From contig NC_069000.1 of NCBI RefSeq assembly GCF_001194135.2, forward strand, positions 18,822,454-18,858,943: a stretch of DNA of 36,490 bases, read 5' to 3'. This document shows, piece after piece, positions 21,920 through 33,009 of the stretch (positions within the stretch are counted from its first letter, which is position 1; every line of letters starts with the position of its first letter). The translations under genes and the position numbers were made by a program. The notes under the pieces were generated by a model that did not search any database, was not told the DNA's origin, and saw nothing but the letters and a program-made list of their open reading frames with translations. This DNA is from Octopus bimaculoides (lineage: Eukaryota).

Positions 21920-22205
21920 TGTCTTGCGTGGGAAATGAAAAGAGGTTCACCTACCTTCCTCTCATCGACTGCCTATCTAGTAGTAATCTCTCTGACGGTC
22001 CTGCACTACCCCTGTCACCCAGTATAAGCAGCTATCTGACCAACCCAGGTGCCAGCTCCTTTACGTCTGTTTGCGATGCCTCCAGCGGAAAAAAAGAGAA
22101 CAATGCTTGCCTCTCTCCCTCCACTTCCCCTCTCATGTTTCCTTTTCCAGTTAACCCCTTGACCATTGATGCTATGACCCTCTTCTTCCGGCTCATCCCC
22201 ACACA
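21920..22205 (-). repeat. 5' LTR of the Gypsy element
   Basis: TGTCTTGCGTGGGAAATG...ATCCCCACACA. Confidence 0.9.
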
Positions 22206-22429
22206 GTTGCCTTTTATTTCAACAACCACATGATAAACTGGTTTGTCTTCAACTGGCAGTGATGTTGGTTCTCTATGCAGCTTAATGACATCACTCTGTC
22301 ATGTTTGTTTTATTGTTACGGAACAGGTGTCACCTGTCATTCTGATAACTTCTAGTTTTTACAATGGGTTTCTTACACACAGTAAAATATCAGTATTATT
22401 CCTAAGGGATTTGAGTTGCTTAAAACCAT

Positions 22430-22610
22430 GACACTATCCAACGAGGTGATATTTGTGTGGTCACGCATCCTATTAATAATAGCTGCAGTCAAATTCCCTC
22501 AAACCACGCGCTGCTGTCTTAAAACAAGGACATTGTGGTTTTAGGTATGCAAAAAGATGGGATAGTCAAAGCAGGAATGCCTTAAATCAAGTCTCTTCTA
22601 TCAGGAACTC
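22430..22610 (+). repeat. Decayed SINE-like interspersed repeat (related copy at about 24270-24440)
   Basis: The copies share GCAG(T)CAAA..CCCTCAAAC and AAAAAG..GG..GTCA.G..GGAA.GCCTT blocks. Confidence 0.5.
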
Positions 22611-23024
22611 TTGCTTTTATCCTTCGATCAGTTTGTCCTTTATATTATATTTAAAAGTCAATGGAAGCCCTGATATCTATGGAATCAATTACTGATTCTA
22701 TTTATTTATTTCACTTTTTAATAACTTTAGGCATTCCAGATTAATGTTAGTGTTATGATAATTAATATATTATTAATACCTTAAGCACTGACCACAAACA
22801 TGTCTGTGATTAGACAGGGTTTCGTGTTTCATCTATGAATTAATAATATTTCAGTCTTCTTTGTGTCCAAGAGTTTTCATTTTAACCATACAGTCAATAC
22901 AGAATACCTGCTGTTCTTCAATAGTGTTTTTCGATATACTTAAATATTAAATTCAAAGAAGCGGTTGATAATGTAACTGTGTCATTGTGTTGTGTATCCT
23001 ACTTCAGTATCCCTATTTTATAGG

Positions 23025-23051
23025 TTTATGCAGTTCAGGAAAATTTTGGTG
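23025..23051 (+). CDS. Exon G: candidate 27-nt microexon VYAVQENFG
   Basis: CCCTATTTTTATAG acceptor, GGT/GTAGGT donor, phase 0-0. Joined to exon F it gives STPVYAV. Confidence 0.5.
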
Positions 23052-25313
23052 TAGGTTGTAATTATAAACATACATTAGTGTCATCTTCAGTAAACTTTGC
23101 TGTAGCATGTTAGTTTATTCTTTTGGAGCAGTTGTCATCCACTGTTCATCATTCAGTTGTAGTTACTTCAGCATTGACTCTTTCCTGATGTTGATTTAGA
23201 CATTGAGTTCAAGCCCAATATTCTGTTTCATCCTTGATTTAGTATTTGGAAAAGTTATCAGACTCTATAGGCCACAGTTGTCAAACCTTATTTTATAGAA
23301 GTAAAGATCAACACAAGTTGATGCTGTACGGGATATGCTTTGATGTCTGCCTCAGCTCTTTACTATACTTGATAATTGTAAAAGTGTGATCATCCTTTAA
23401 TTCATTTACACAATTGAATGTCAAGTTTATTGTCTGATTTCAATGTCGCACCTCACCCCCTCCTTTCACATTGCATTTCCCCCTCCCTCCATTGCTTTCA
23501 TCATTTTGGTATTGTTTACATTTAATATTTTTTTATTTCAAACTTTTCCTTCTGCTATGATATCAAAATATTGAATGAATTGTTTATTTCTCATTATTTA
23601 GTCTCAGTGTTCATCCTATTTTGTTGACTATATAATTATATAAGCTTTTTATAATATTATCTTTACAACTTTGTTGCAAAAAGTGTCACTTTCTTGGTCT
23701 TATTTGATGTTGTTGCTTTTAAGAAGAGAATGAAATCTTTCTATTATGACTGCACACATGTCTGTGTATCTTTGGTGAATATATTTGTGATTACTCAAAA
23801 GTCTCAAATGTATGTCTTGTGTGCTTCATTAAATTAAAATCTTGGCTCATAACTTTCTGGTGCATGGGGTTAATACTTGTTTCAAATCATTTCATTTATC
23901 AGTTGACAAGGCTACTTTCAAATGATGAGAGGATCCAAACTTCATTACTAACCAATTCATTGGAACTGTGACCAGTGACTGACAACTATATTAGTTTACT
24001 GTTGTCTCTTCTGTGTATTTCTGACACTTCCAATAAAGCATTTCTCATTTCTACTAGTGTCCGCTTCTCTGCTCTATTCCCTCTATGGTCCCTCTTCACT
24101 TTTTGTCAACATTGGAGTATTATTCCTATTTGTTCTAGGCCAAAAATATCTGTTCCATATGTTTCTATCATAAACAATTATTACTATACTCAGTGTAGTA
24201 CAATGTAGCATTGAAAGAGGTTAGGTTTATACATGTCTAATACACTAGTTGATTTTGTCTCCTTGGTCTTGAGCTAGTGACGGAAGCTTTACATGATTGC
24301 TGAATATTTTAGAAACAGCAGCAAAACCTTCATCAAACAACTGGAAAATGTATACATCAGGAAGTGTAGTTCATGATAAACTATTTGAAAAAGGACAGGT
24401 GGTCATGCTTGGAACACTTTTGATCATGACTGAAAGATTAAGAAAATTAATAGTCTGAAATATAATTGAAATATTTTCTTTAAATACTTATATCTCCGCT
24501 ACTTTTTCAATCTGTTTGATCTCCAGTCATCATCATCAGGCATCTTGTTCCTGGATATGTTCATAGTACTCTACTGGATTTGAACTAAAGAACTTTATTT
24601 CTAAACTAAAGGTGTACTGAAGCTGAGCAGAATTACAACTTTGGCCTTCTTTGCTTTTTGTGTTAATGCTACATGCAAACAATTCACTTTCTTCACATAT
24701 TAACATCTAACAGCTAAATCAACTCACTTTTTCCTATTGAATAACATCAACATTTACAGGAATTCTAAAATATTCCATTGTAAAATGGTTTCTCTTAAAA
24801 ATGGAATTAAAAGTTTATCAATTACCGCAAATGTAAGTCTCACAAGTAACTGATTTTCTGTCAAATATATTAATCTGTGGAAATGGTGAACTAATATTTG
24901 ATATAATATCGACCACATACCAAATTGACCCCAAATCTTTAAAATGAATTGAAACTTTTGAAAAATGTTTGACATTGGAGGAACAAGTCTTTCTGTGGAA
25001 GAATTAGTTTTGGCTCGGGATGAATGAACCTGAATCTGGGGGGACAAGTCAAGAACAAGTCTGATTTTGGAGAAGCTGATTTGATTTATTGGGACAGAGG
25101 ATTTAAACTTAAGAGAACATTGTCTTATTTGCTATCTGCAAAATTTGCCCCTACAACATCGGAAACTACTTCAAGAGAATAATTCATTGTTACAACTAAG
25201 ATTTACTAAAGTAGGTTTTAGTGATATTAGTACTTTGCTGATTGAACCGTTAGTGTTCACTACCTAAAAACTAATGTGCTGCATTTCCTGGTTGCTTCAA
25301 ATGAATTTTTCAG

Positions 25314-25350
25314 TTTCAAGCAGCTACAAAATATTACTAAATTAACAGTG
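25314..25350 (+). CDS. Candidate additional exon (FKQLQNITKLTV if phase 2 to 0; LQNITKLTV from AG at 25323 if phase 0-0)
   Basis: Strong GTG/GTAAGT donor, CTAAT branch-like motif and TGC-containing pyrimidine tract upstream. Entry phase unresolved. Confidence 0.3.
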
Positions 25351-25919
25351 GTAAGTTTTATGATTTCTACTTAAAAAAAAGAACAAAACTGTAGGTATGT
25401 ATCCAAGTATAAAACTGTACCACTACTTGAGTATATAGCAATTTTCATTGTTATGTTCATTCTTAAGAGAAATGGAGCCCACTCGCAAATGCAAATTCTT
25501 GAGGATAAAGTTAGTTTTACTGAAAAAATTAACATATATGGCTTCAATGCATTAGAGCAGCTTTTTAAAAAAGCATCAGATATTTTAGTCATTGAAACCA
25601 GCATATACTGCTTGATATAACAAATGCATGTGTTTTGCAAAGTTTCACTTGGATTACTTCTTGACTTTGTTAAAAAACATTTTTCATTGAACAGTTATTG
25701 ATTGGGATAATATATGAAAATATGATTGAACTATATGATGTAGACAGTTGATTGATTCAAATTAGATATTTCTAAGATGCAGCTTTCTTAGCTGCTTCAT
25801 ATAAATTAGTTTTTAAGATAAAAAATATTTGTAAGTTGCTAGTGGTAGATTTCGTAATTTATATTTAAGCAACTAATGAGTTCTTCAGTATTTAAATGAT
25901 ACTCTTATCTTGTCAGCAT

Positions 25920-26365
25920 ATAAACTGTTCTCTTGTGTTCAGTACTTTAAACCATTCTCTTGTTTTCAATATTTTAAACCATTCTCTTGTTTTCAATATT
26001 TTAAACCACTCTTGTTTTCAACATTTTAAGTCATACTCCTGTTTTCAATATTTAAACCTGTTTTCATTATTTATACGATACCCCCATTTAATCTGTATTT
26101 AAATTATACTCCTGTCTTCAGTATTTTAAACCATACTTCTATTATTTTCTATCTTTGAACCATACTCCTTTTTTCAATATTTAAACAATACTCCTATCTT
26201 CAGTATTTTAAACCATATTCGTGCTTCCACGATTTAAACCATACTCCTGTTTTCGTTATTTAAATCATACTCCACTCTAATTGCATTTAAACCATTCACT
26301 CTATCTGTATTTAAACCATACTCTTGTCTGGTTTAAAAACTCTGTATTTAAATCATATTCTGTCA
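25920..26365 (+). repeat. Degenerate minisatellite of about 27 nt, roughly 16 units (TTTAAACCATACTCCTGTTTTCAATAT-like)
   Basis: The TTAAACCATACTC core recurs at about 25-30 nt spacing. Confidence 0.9.
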
Positions 26366-26534
26366 GTAATTAATTCAAACTCATGTCATAACAGTAACAG
26401 ATGGTGTTTGAGACACGCTTTTGTTTATTTATATGAAATGTGGACTTTCCAAAATCCAAGGGTTATTCACTCTTATCTGTGTTTATAAAATTTAAAGTTT
26501 TTTCTCTCTCTTTTTTGTTTTCCAATTTCCACAG

Positions 26535-26621
26535 GAGCTGCCAAAGCTTGAATCCTCTACCAATGTTATCAGCCTAAATTTCTCCCATGGAAGGACAGCC
26601 GCAGCAACCAATTTGACCTGA
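26535..26621 (+). CDS. Exon H: probable terminal coding exon ELPKLESSTNVISLNFSHGRTAAATNLT*
   Basis: Very strong acceptor (TTTTTTCTCTCTCTTTTTTGTTTCCAATTTCCACAG). Phase 0 is the longest open frame, and no good donor precedes the stop. Confidence 0.5.
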   Translation, partial: ELPKLESSTNVISLNFSHGRTAAATNLT

Positions 26622-26908
26622 AACAGATGAATTGAGACTAATGAAATTGTGTAAAGCATGTGGAGCAAATGTCTAAAATCCACCTCTTCTCTCCATTATT
26701 CAACATCAATCAACAATTTGACCGAAGTGTCTTAAAGCCACACTGGTCATTTCAGCCAGAGTGGTCAACATGGTTACATTTCTTTTTGTTGTTCTCTTGC
26801 ATTGCTGCCCTCTTTCAGCTGTTCTATAAAATCACTACTATTTTTCCCTAGATAAAAAAGCTGCTAATCTATGGATATCACTAAACTCTCTGTCTTTCTC
26901 TCTTTGTC

Positions 26909-26939
<31 letters not shown>

Positions 26940-28535
26940 AAAATATAAGTTCAACCATAAAAAAATACAATAATGCTGTGTTCTTTCTCTTCTTTCTCTC
27001 TTCAGTCAACAGCATTTCATTCCTTTCTCCTTTCCTGTTAGCAATTCTTTTTTATTGCTGGTTTCTAAGTAGTTGTGGAGAATTTAAAAATACTTCTTTC
27101 ACCTTTTTTTTTTTTTTTTAAACTCTCAAACTTTCACATATACCTACAAACAAGAACACTCCTTACTCTTAAAATTTTATTGAGATGTTAAATTTATCCT
27201 CTTTAATTTCTCAATTTCCTTTATTTTTAATTTTAATTTTTTTTTTGTTTCTCATTTTGTTTGTGAATATATTTCTGCATTTGAAAATGGAAAAAAAAGG
27301 CATTTTATATTTTTGATTCATTTTTTTATTTTTGTAAAAGCTTAACTATTTAGATAACCATAATATTCCTGTAAGATCATAAATATGATTCTCTAAAATC
27401 ATAACCACCCCAGTTGCCCCGTATTCGTATGATACGTTTTGAAAATCCCTCTATAAACACAAAATATTGAACTTGCTATTGAAAAATTCACTCTTTCCAT
27501 ACTGCTGCTTCAGTAAATTCCTCAGATCCCCACTCCTGCTACAGTAAAAGATAATCAGAGAATAATTAATAACCTTGGAATTAACTAACACAAAATTTTC
27601 TTATAAGTTGTGAAATTTGGTGCCAGGGCAAGGCGCTTGCTTGAATTATCTCCCTTCACTCAATGAATGTCAATTAGGTTACATAACTTTGTTTACCGTT
27701 TCCTCGCAGACTGACTCCAAGTGAGCCAAGAGGAGTGGAGGGGATTTCCTGCATCGTGTAATATGCACAAACTGCTGCAACACTCCCATGATTGTTGAAA
27801 CTGCTTTTTATGTCTTGTGATTCCATGACGGTTTTCTCTTAATAGTAAATATTCTTGAAAATTTCAAGATTAATAGTCTAAATGACATCATCATCATCGC
27901 TAGCAGCATTATCATCATCATAATCATTATCATTTTTCTTGAACCATCGGATCTGTATTGATGTTTTTGTTTGAATATTCAATCTCATTTGGCTACTTGC
28001 AAGAACTCTTCTCAAATTAGTTCTTTGAACGACAAGCTTTTTCTTGGAGCATATTTACAGGAATTACTTTTACACATAATACATTTCATTCTGTGCTGAA
28101 ACACTCAATGTTATCACTTTATCATTTCTGTTCCCTGCATTTTTCCACAATCTTGCTTGATTTGGTATAGTTTAGCTTAACTAATACAGGGTGCTTAACT
28201 ATTTTTGGTGTCACAGACATGATAGGAATGTAACAACATAAACATTGATGTTATTATGATATTACTCACTCTTTCAGTCACACACATGAACAAATACATA
28301 TATAAAGAGTTATATAAAAAAGACACTTAACAACATCTCACCTCTGACCTATAAGATGGGAATCCCTGAATTAGATAATTACTGTCCAAAACTCAGTTGT
28401 AGTTCAACGGAAATATACATGTCTAAGATAATATATATTTTGCCAACTCCTTTGAATTTGTAGTTTTTGTATTTCATAGTGTAAATTTACCATATTTTTT
28501 GTTTTAAGTCTACTGCTTCATAGCAACATTGAGTA

Positions 28536-28541
28536 AATAAA
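28536..28541 (+). terminator. Candidate AATAAA polyadenylation signal for the host gene
   Basis: First AATAAA I found downstream of exon H, followed by T-rich sequence. Confidence 0.25.
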
Positions 28542-29065
28542 CAATATTTTCATTGTTTTCCTACATTTCTGATTCTTAGTGCTGCTTTATCATACCAAGA
28601 TTTTAGGTTCGCTCCTGTGAAACGTCTTTTAGATAAATATAACCCCTAGAATTCAAGGAGACTAGTGATGGTCAGCACCAGTGAGATTTGATTCAAATAT
28701 GTTTAAGAAAGTGAAGTATGTTGTAACAAAGGAAGAAAGAAATCTAACACCTCGAGTCAGACATATTTTTTTAAAAGGCCTTCATCAAGCCCTTTTGTCA
28801 TTCTCCAATAAGTCTTGCCGAATATATTAGATTTTCTCTTCATACCACCATGTGCCATTTCTTTCATTTTGTATATGGTTTGTTTAATGCTCCTTTTTAA
28901 ACAAGTAAAAAAGAAAACTACTTAATTATGTCAACATTTAAGAGAAAGTAAATCTTTTTAAAATATGCATTTCAACAATTTCTCTTCCATTAACAAAATT
29001 TTCTTTTGCTCACAGATCCACATTCTGGCTTTCTGTTTATTTTTTGTTGTTTTGTTTTATATAAT

Positions 29066-29111
<46 letters not shown>

Positions 29112-29389
29112 TGCTGTTTTCTTAAGTTCTGAATTGCTAACCCAAGCAAGTTTTATAGGAAAAAGAGAAAGAAAAAACAAAAACAGGAACATTCATGATC
29201 TCTCTCTTTTGATGAAGTGGGAGGCACAAGCAAGCTTGGTTAATGCTATTTTACTACTACTTTTGTTTAATTTTTTAAAGAAACATATTAGATAAACATT
29301 CCAGCTTCTTCCATTGTTTGTTTTTTATTTTTCCTTTTACTTTTTGCTATTTTATATATGTATGTATATATATGCGTATGTATATATGT

Positions 29390-29785
29390 GTTGTGTGCTT
29401 CCTAACTGTGTAGTCTTGGGTTCAATCTCAATGTGTGGTACCTTAAGCAAATGTCTTCTACTATAGCTCCTGGTTGACCAAAGCTTTGAGTGGATTTGGA
29501 TGATTGAAATTGAAAAGAAGCCCATCACACACACACACACACGTGTGTGTGTGTGTGTACCTTTGCCTTGACATCACATAATATTTGTAAATGAGCATCA
29601 CTGCCATACAAGCTATGTTGTTCAGTTGAAGTTTTCCGTGAAATACCTGTCTAGCCACAGGAAATATTACCTTTGTCTGGAAACAGGCAAGGGGTGGAGC
29701 AGGAAATTCTCTGGTTGTAGATTTACCTCAACAAATTCTGTTTAATCCATGTAAGTATGAAATAGCAGATGTTAAATGATGATAT
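29390..29785 (+). mobile_element. Decayed tRNA-SINE with RTE-derived 3' tail
   Basis: Head shared with 30144-30515 (GGGTTCAATC, GCAAATGTCTTCTACTATAGC). Internal (CA)n(TG)n. The end GATGTTAAATGATGAT resembles the RTE terminus. Confidence 0.75.
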
Positions 29786-29809
29786 ATATATATATACATA
29801 TACATATAC

Positions 29810-30118
29810 AAGAATAAGGGCAGGGAATCGTCAATTAATAATAGAATTAATAATTAACAATTTTGCCAAGTAGTTCAGTATGAAAAAACCTTTATCGGTA
29901 AAACCATTTATCATCATAAATATACAGGGATTAGCATTGAGTTGCTTCTCCAACATACTGAAAATTTAGAAATAGCAGTCAAAGAACTACTGATTCTAAA
30001 CTACAAATTTTTTAGAGAAAAAATTTGTAGTTTAGAATCAGTAGTTCTTTGACTGCTATTTCTAAATTTTCAGTATGTTGGAGAAGCAACTCAATGCTAA
30101 TCCCTGTATATTTATGAT
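29810..30118. repeat. Probable Penelope-like pLTR tail with a perfect 101-bp inverted duplication (29913-30013 / 30018-30118, loop AGAG)
   Basis: Arms are exact reverse complements (checked manually) and the unit is flanked by (TA)n on both sides. The Penelope assignment is from recall only. Confidence 0.8.
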
Positions 30119-30143
30119 ATACATATATATATATATATATATA

Positions 30144-30515
30144 GGCGCAGGAATGGCTATGTGGTAAGTAGCTTGCTTACCAACCACATGGTTCCGGGAT
30201 CAGTCCCACTGCGTGGCACCTTGGGCAAGTGTCTTCTACTATAGCCTCGGGCCAACCAAAGCCTTGTGAGTGGATTTGGTAGACAGAAACTGAAAAGAAG
30301 TCCGTTGTATATATGTATATATATATGTGTGTGTGTTTGTGTTTGTCCCCCCACCATCGCTTGACAACTGATGCTGGTGTGTTTACGTCCCCGTAACTTA
30401 GCGGTTCGGCAAAAGAGACCGATAGAATAAGTACTAGGCTTACAAAGAATGTCCCGGGGTCGATTTGCTCGACTAAAGGCGGTGCTCCAGCATGGCCGCA
30501 TTCAAATGACTGAAA
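30144..30515 (+). mobile_element. Young full-length tRNA-derived SINE (octopus OR-type)
   Basis: GGCGCAGGAATGGCTATGTGGTAAG A box, GGTTCCGGGATCAGTCCC B box, internal (TA)/(TG) tract, CpG retained, A-rich tail. Confidence 0.88.
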
Positions 30516-30544
30516 AAAAAAAATACGTACATACCATTGTTATC

Positions 30545-30660
30545 ATCACCATTTAACATCCATTTTCCATGATAGCATGGGTTGGGAAATTTGATAGGAG
30601 TTGGCAAACCAAAGAACTGTACCAAGTTTCACTTTCTGATTTGCCATAGTTTATTAATAC
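30545..30660 (-). mobile_element. Short decayed RTE-type 3' tail
   Basis: CATTTAACATCCATTTTCCATGATAGCATGGGTTGG is homologous to 3085 and 12895. Confidence 0.7.
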
Positions 30661-31029
30661 ATATATGTATGTATATATGCATTTTCTATAATTACATTGA
30701 GATAATTTTATGCTCATTTTCCAAATTGTGTACCCTTGTCTATTTCAACAGAAAATGTAAAATAAAGCATTTTTGATTAAACCAATTGGGTAAACATCAT
30801 TGTTGGATGAGTGGTACAATAAATATAAAAATGGCAATGATTAATTTTGTTTTTCTAAAGCAACTGTTGGTACTTATTTACTATAAGGTGTGCATGTTTC
30901 TATGAGTGTACATGCATACAGGTGTGTGTATGTGAAAGATGGTAGTACACTTGATACCATTTGACTGCCCAGTATCCAAAAATGTTGGTAAAATCCATGC
31001 AGTGTATCCTATGTAATCTTTGGTTGCAC

Positions 31030-31530
31030 AATAGGTGTAGTGGAATTGAAGGTAGACTGACACTGAAGGGAGATTTATGTTTTATGCTAGATGTACAGGA
31101 GTAGTGATCCTTCAGAACACCAGTAAAATTGTTTGCAATGCTCAGAAGGTTCCCTAGAAGTAGATAGCTTCTGTTTACTTGGTGACCTAATTAGCAGTAG
31201 AGAAGGGTGTAGTGACCAGAATTAGATCAAGGTAGAAAAAGTTCAAGTGGCTATTACCATTGCATGTGTAGAAAATGTTATGATTGCATAAGATGTCACT
31301 GAATGCAGATGTGTGAAAACTGGAAAAAAAAAAATGAGGCATGATCTACTGAATATGTAATGTTAATGTACATGAATGACAAAGCAGAGAAGAACTGAGA
31401 GAATTGGGTATAAAAGGGATTGATGACAAGACTTGGATCTAAGTGATGAAGACTGATCTCTGGAAGTTGAAGCTTACAAGAAAGGTGACAAAAGGAATGC
31501 AACAAGTGGTGAGATGTGTTCAAGAGGACT
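31030..31530 (+). mobile_element. Highly decayed RTE-LINE RT C-terminal fragment
   Basis: Homologous to the reverse complement of 13600-14050 and to 34050-34500 (TTCTGTTTACTTGGTGACC..ATTAGCAGT, AAGTTCAAG). Confidence 0.65.
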
Positions 31531-32029
31531 CCTTTAAATCATGCTAGTTGGAAAAGTCGGTCAAAAAATTACTTCTGGTTTGTTATGCTTCCTCTGTAAG
31601 GGATACCAAGAGAGGTAACCCCATACTGACAGAAAGATGTAGCCTTATAATAAGTCAGTCAATAGTGACTGATTTTTTACTCATAGATCTACCAACTTTA
31701 GGTTCAAATATGTAGGTGACATTTAACTTTTAAAGGCAATTTTACTGTAGTTTACCACAGAAAAAATTCTTGCTTATGGCAAAAAGTTTAAATGCACTAT
31801 TAGCAGCTCAGTGGCAACATTTGTTGGATTCTTTGATGCATTTCTAGCCTTCCCCAGTCCAGTAGGGAGTACCAAAAGAGGTAACCTTGAGTTAAGAACG
31901 CCCTTTAGATAGACTATTTCTCTGGCATTGGTGAAGTGCTCAGTCAAAACATCTGAGTCAATGATGACATAGGAGATACCAGTTCAAAATTCAAAGCCAG
32001 ATTACATAACCATGTTAATTCTTTTAAAT

Positions 32030-32290
32030 ACAAAAGAAAATTGCACTTCATTAACCAAGTCCATCTGGGACCTCAAAAGAAAATAGACAATTTCTTTTCA
32101 TGGTCTATTATAGGTAAAACTCTTCCTTACAAAGACAGTAGTAACAGTAATTTGTGCTTGTGGGAGGCACTAGAAATTCTCAATTGTAACTTCAATAAGT
32201 ATAACGAGCTATTAATCTCATATTCACATTTAATAAAATGCTTAGAATTTCCCCCAAAAATTCCACATAAACTACTTACCTAACATTAAT
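32030..32290 (+). pseudogene. Penelope-like element C-terminal (GIY-YIG-associated) fragment
   Basis: ORF 32041-32283 WSIIGKTLPYKDSSNSNLCLWEALEIL resembles the PLE motif WSI....pY...s..CnLCl.Ek..Il. Confidence 0.6.
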
Positions 32291-33009
32291 GACAACATTT
32301 TTTTTTCTTCCACTTCCTCTCTCATATAACATACTATGTACTTATTTCTTATCTATTCCTTAAGTATTATACTTAATTTAATTCAATTCAATTTAGCTCT
32401 AGTAAACCTGATGTTTCTCGAATGGATTATAGATTTTACATATATAAATACATACACAACCACACTGCTCACTTGTTATTTAGCTATTTACAAATTTCTC
32501 CTGCTTTAACTTATCTGCATATCACCTTTTCATAGATTAGAGTTGTAAAAGTATAGTATTAATTCCTTTTTCTCTATATTATTTGGACTAGCATACTTTT
32601 AAGCTTGGTGCTGTCTTGTTCTGTCAGGAGTGATTTGGGTAAGTTTATGCTAAATCAAAAAAAGTGATTTAATAAGTCAGCTACTGAACTATCTGGATGG
32701 AAAATTCTTGATGTTTATAACTAAGAATATTCAACCCTACTTCCACTAGTACATATATTTGCTGGAAACTGAAAATTGACAGTAATAAATTTATGATCTA
32801 ACAAGAATAATTCAGGGCTGACTGTTTTGCTAATTAATTGATTAATTATACACACAAACCAATGTATAGCAAAGGAACAGTTCCTCTAGCCATCCAGAAC
32901 AACTATAACTTCGAAAACAGTTGTGCAACATCTTTTATTTCGAGTTTGATTGCTATTTGTGTGTGCATGTATGTATATATACATAACTTGGTGATAAAAG
33001 AATGATGTT

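Larger units (their letters stand above)
18173..22205 (-). mobile_element. Decayed Ty3/Gypsy LTR retrotransposon (gag-PR-RT-RNaseH-INT)
   Basis: Direct repeats at 18173-18461 and 21920-22205, both TG...CA. Domain order on the minus strand is gag, protease, RT, RNase H, integrase. A purine-rich PPT (AGATCAGGGGTG) abuts the 3' LTR. Confidence 0.93.

Noticed and set aside
23903-23971. Possible phase-0 exon LTRLLSNDERIQTSLLTNSLEL*
   Set aside because: Weak donor, and 22 open codons is unremarkable by chance.
16928-26365. CRISPR-like interpretation of the two minisatellites
   Set aside because: Units are adjacent and degenerate with no unique spacers and no cas genes, in a eukaryotic intron.
26536-26618. 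Minus-strand exon-like segment VKLVAAAVLPWEKFRL overlapping exon H
   Set aside because: No other minus-strand exons chain with it and the donor is weak. The plus-strand acceptor is much stronger.
29526-29558. (CA)n(TG)n palindrome
   Set aside because: An internal microsatellite of the SINE, common and uninformative.
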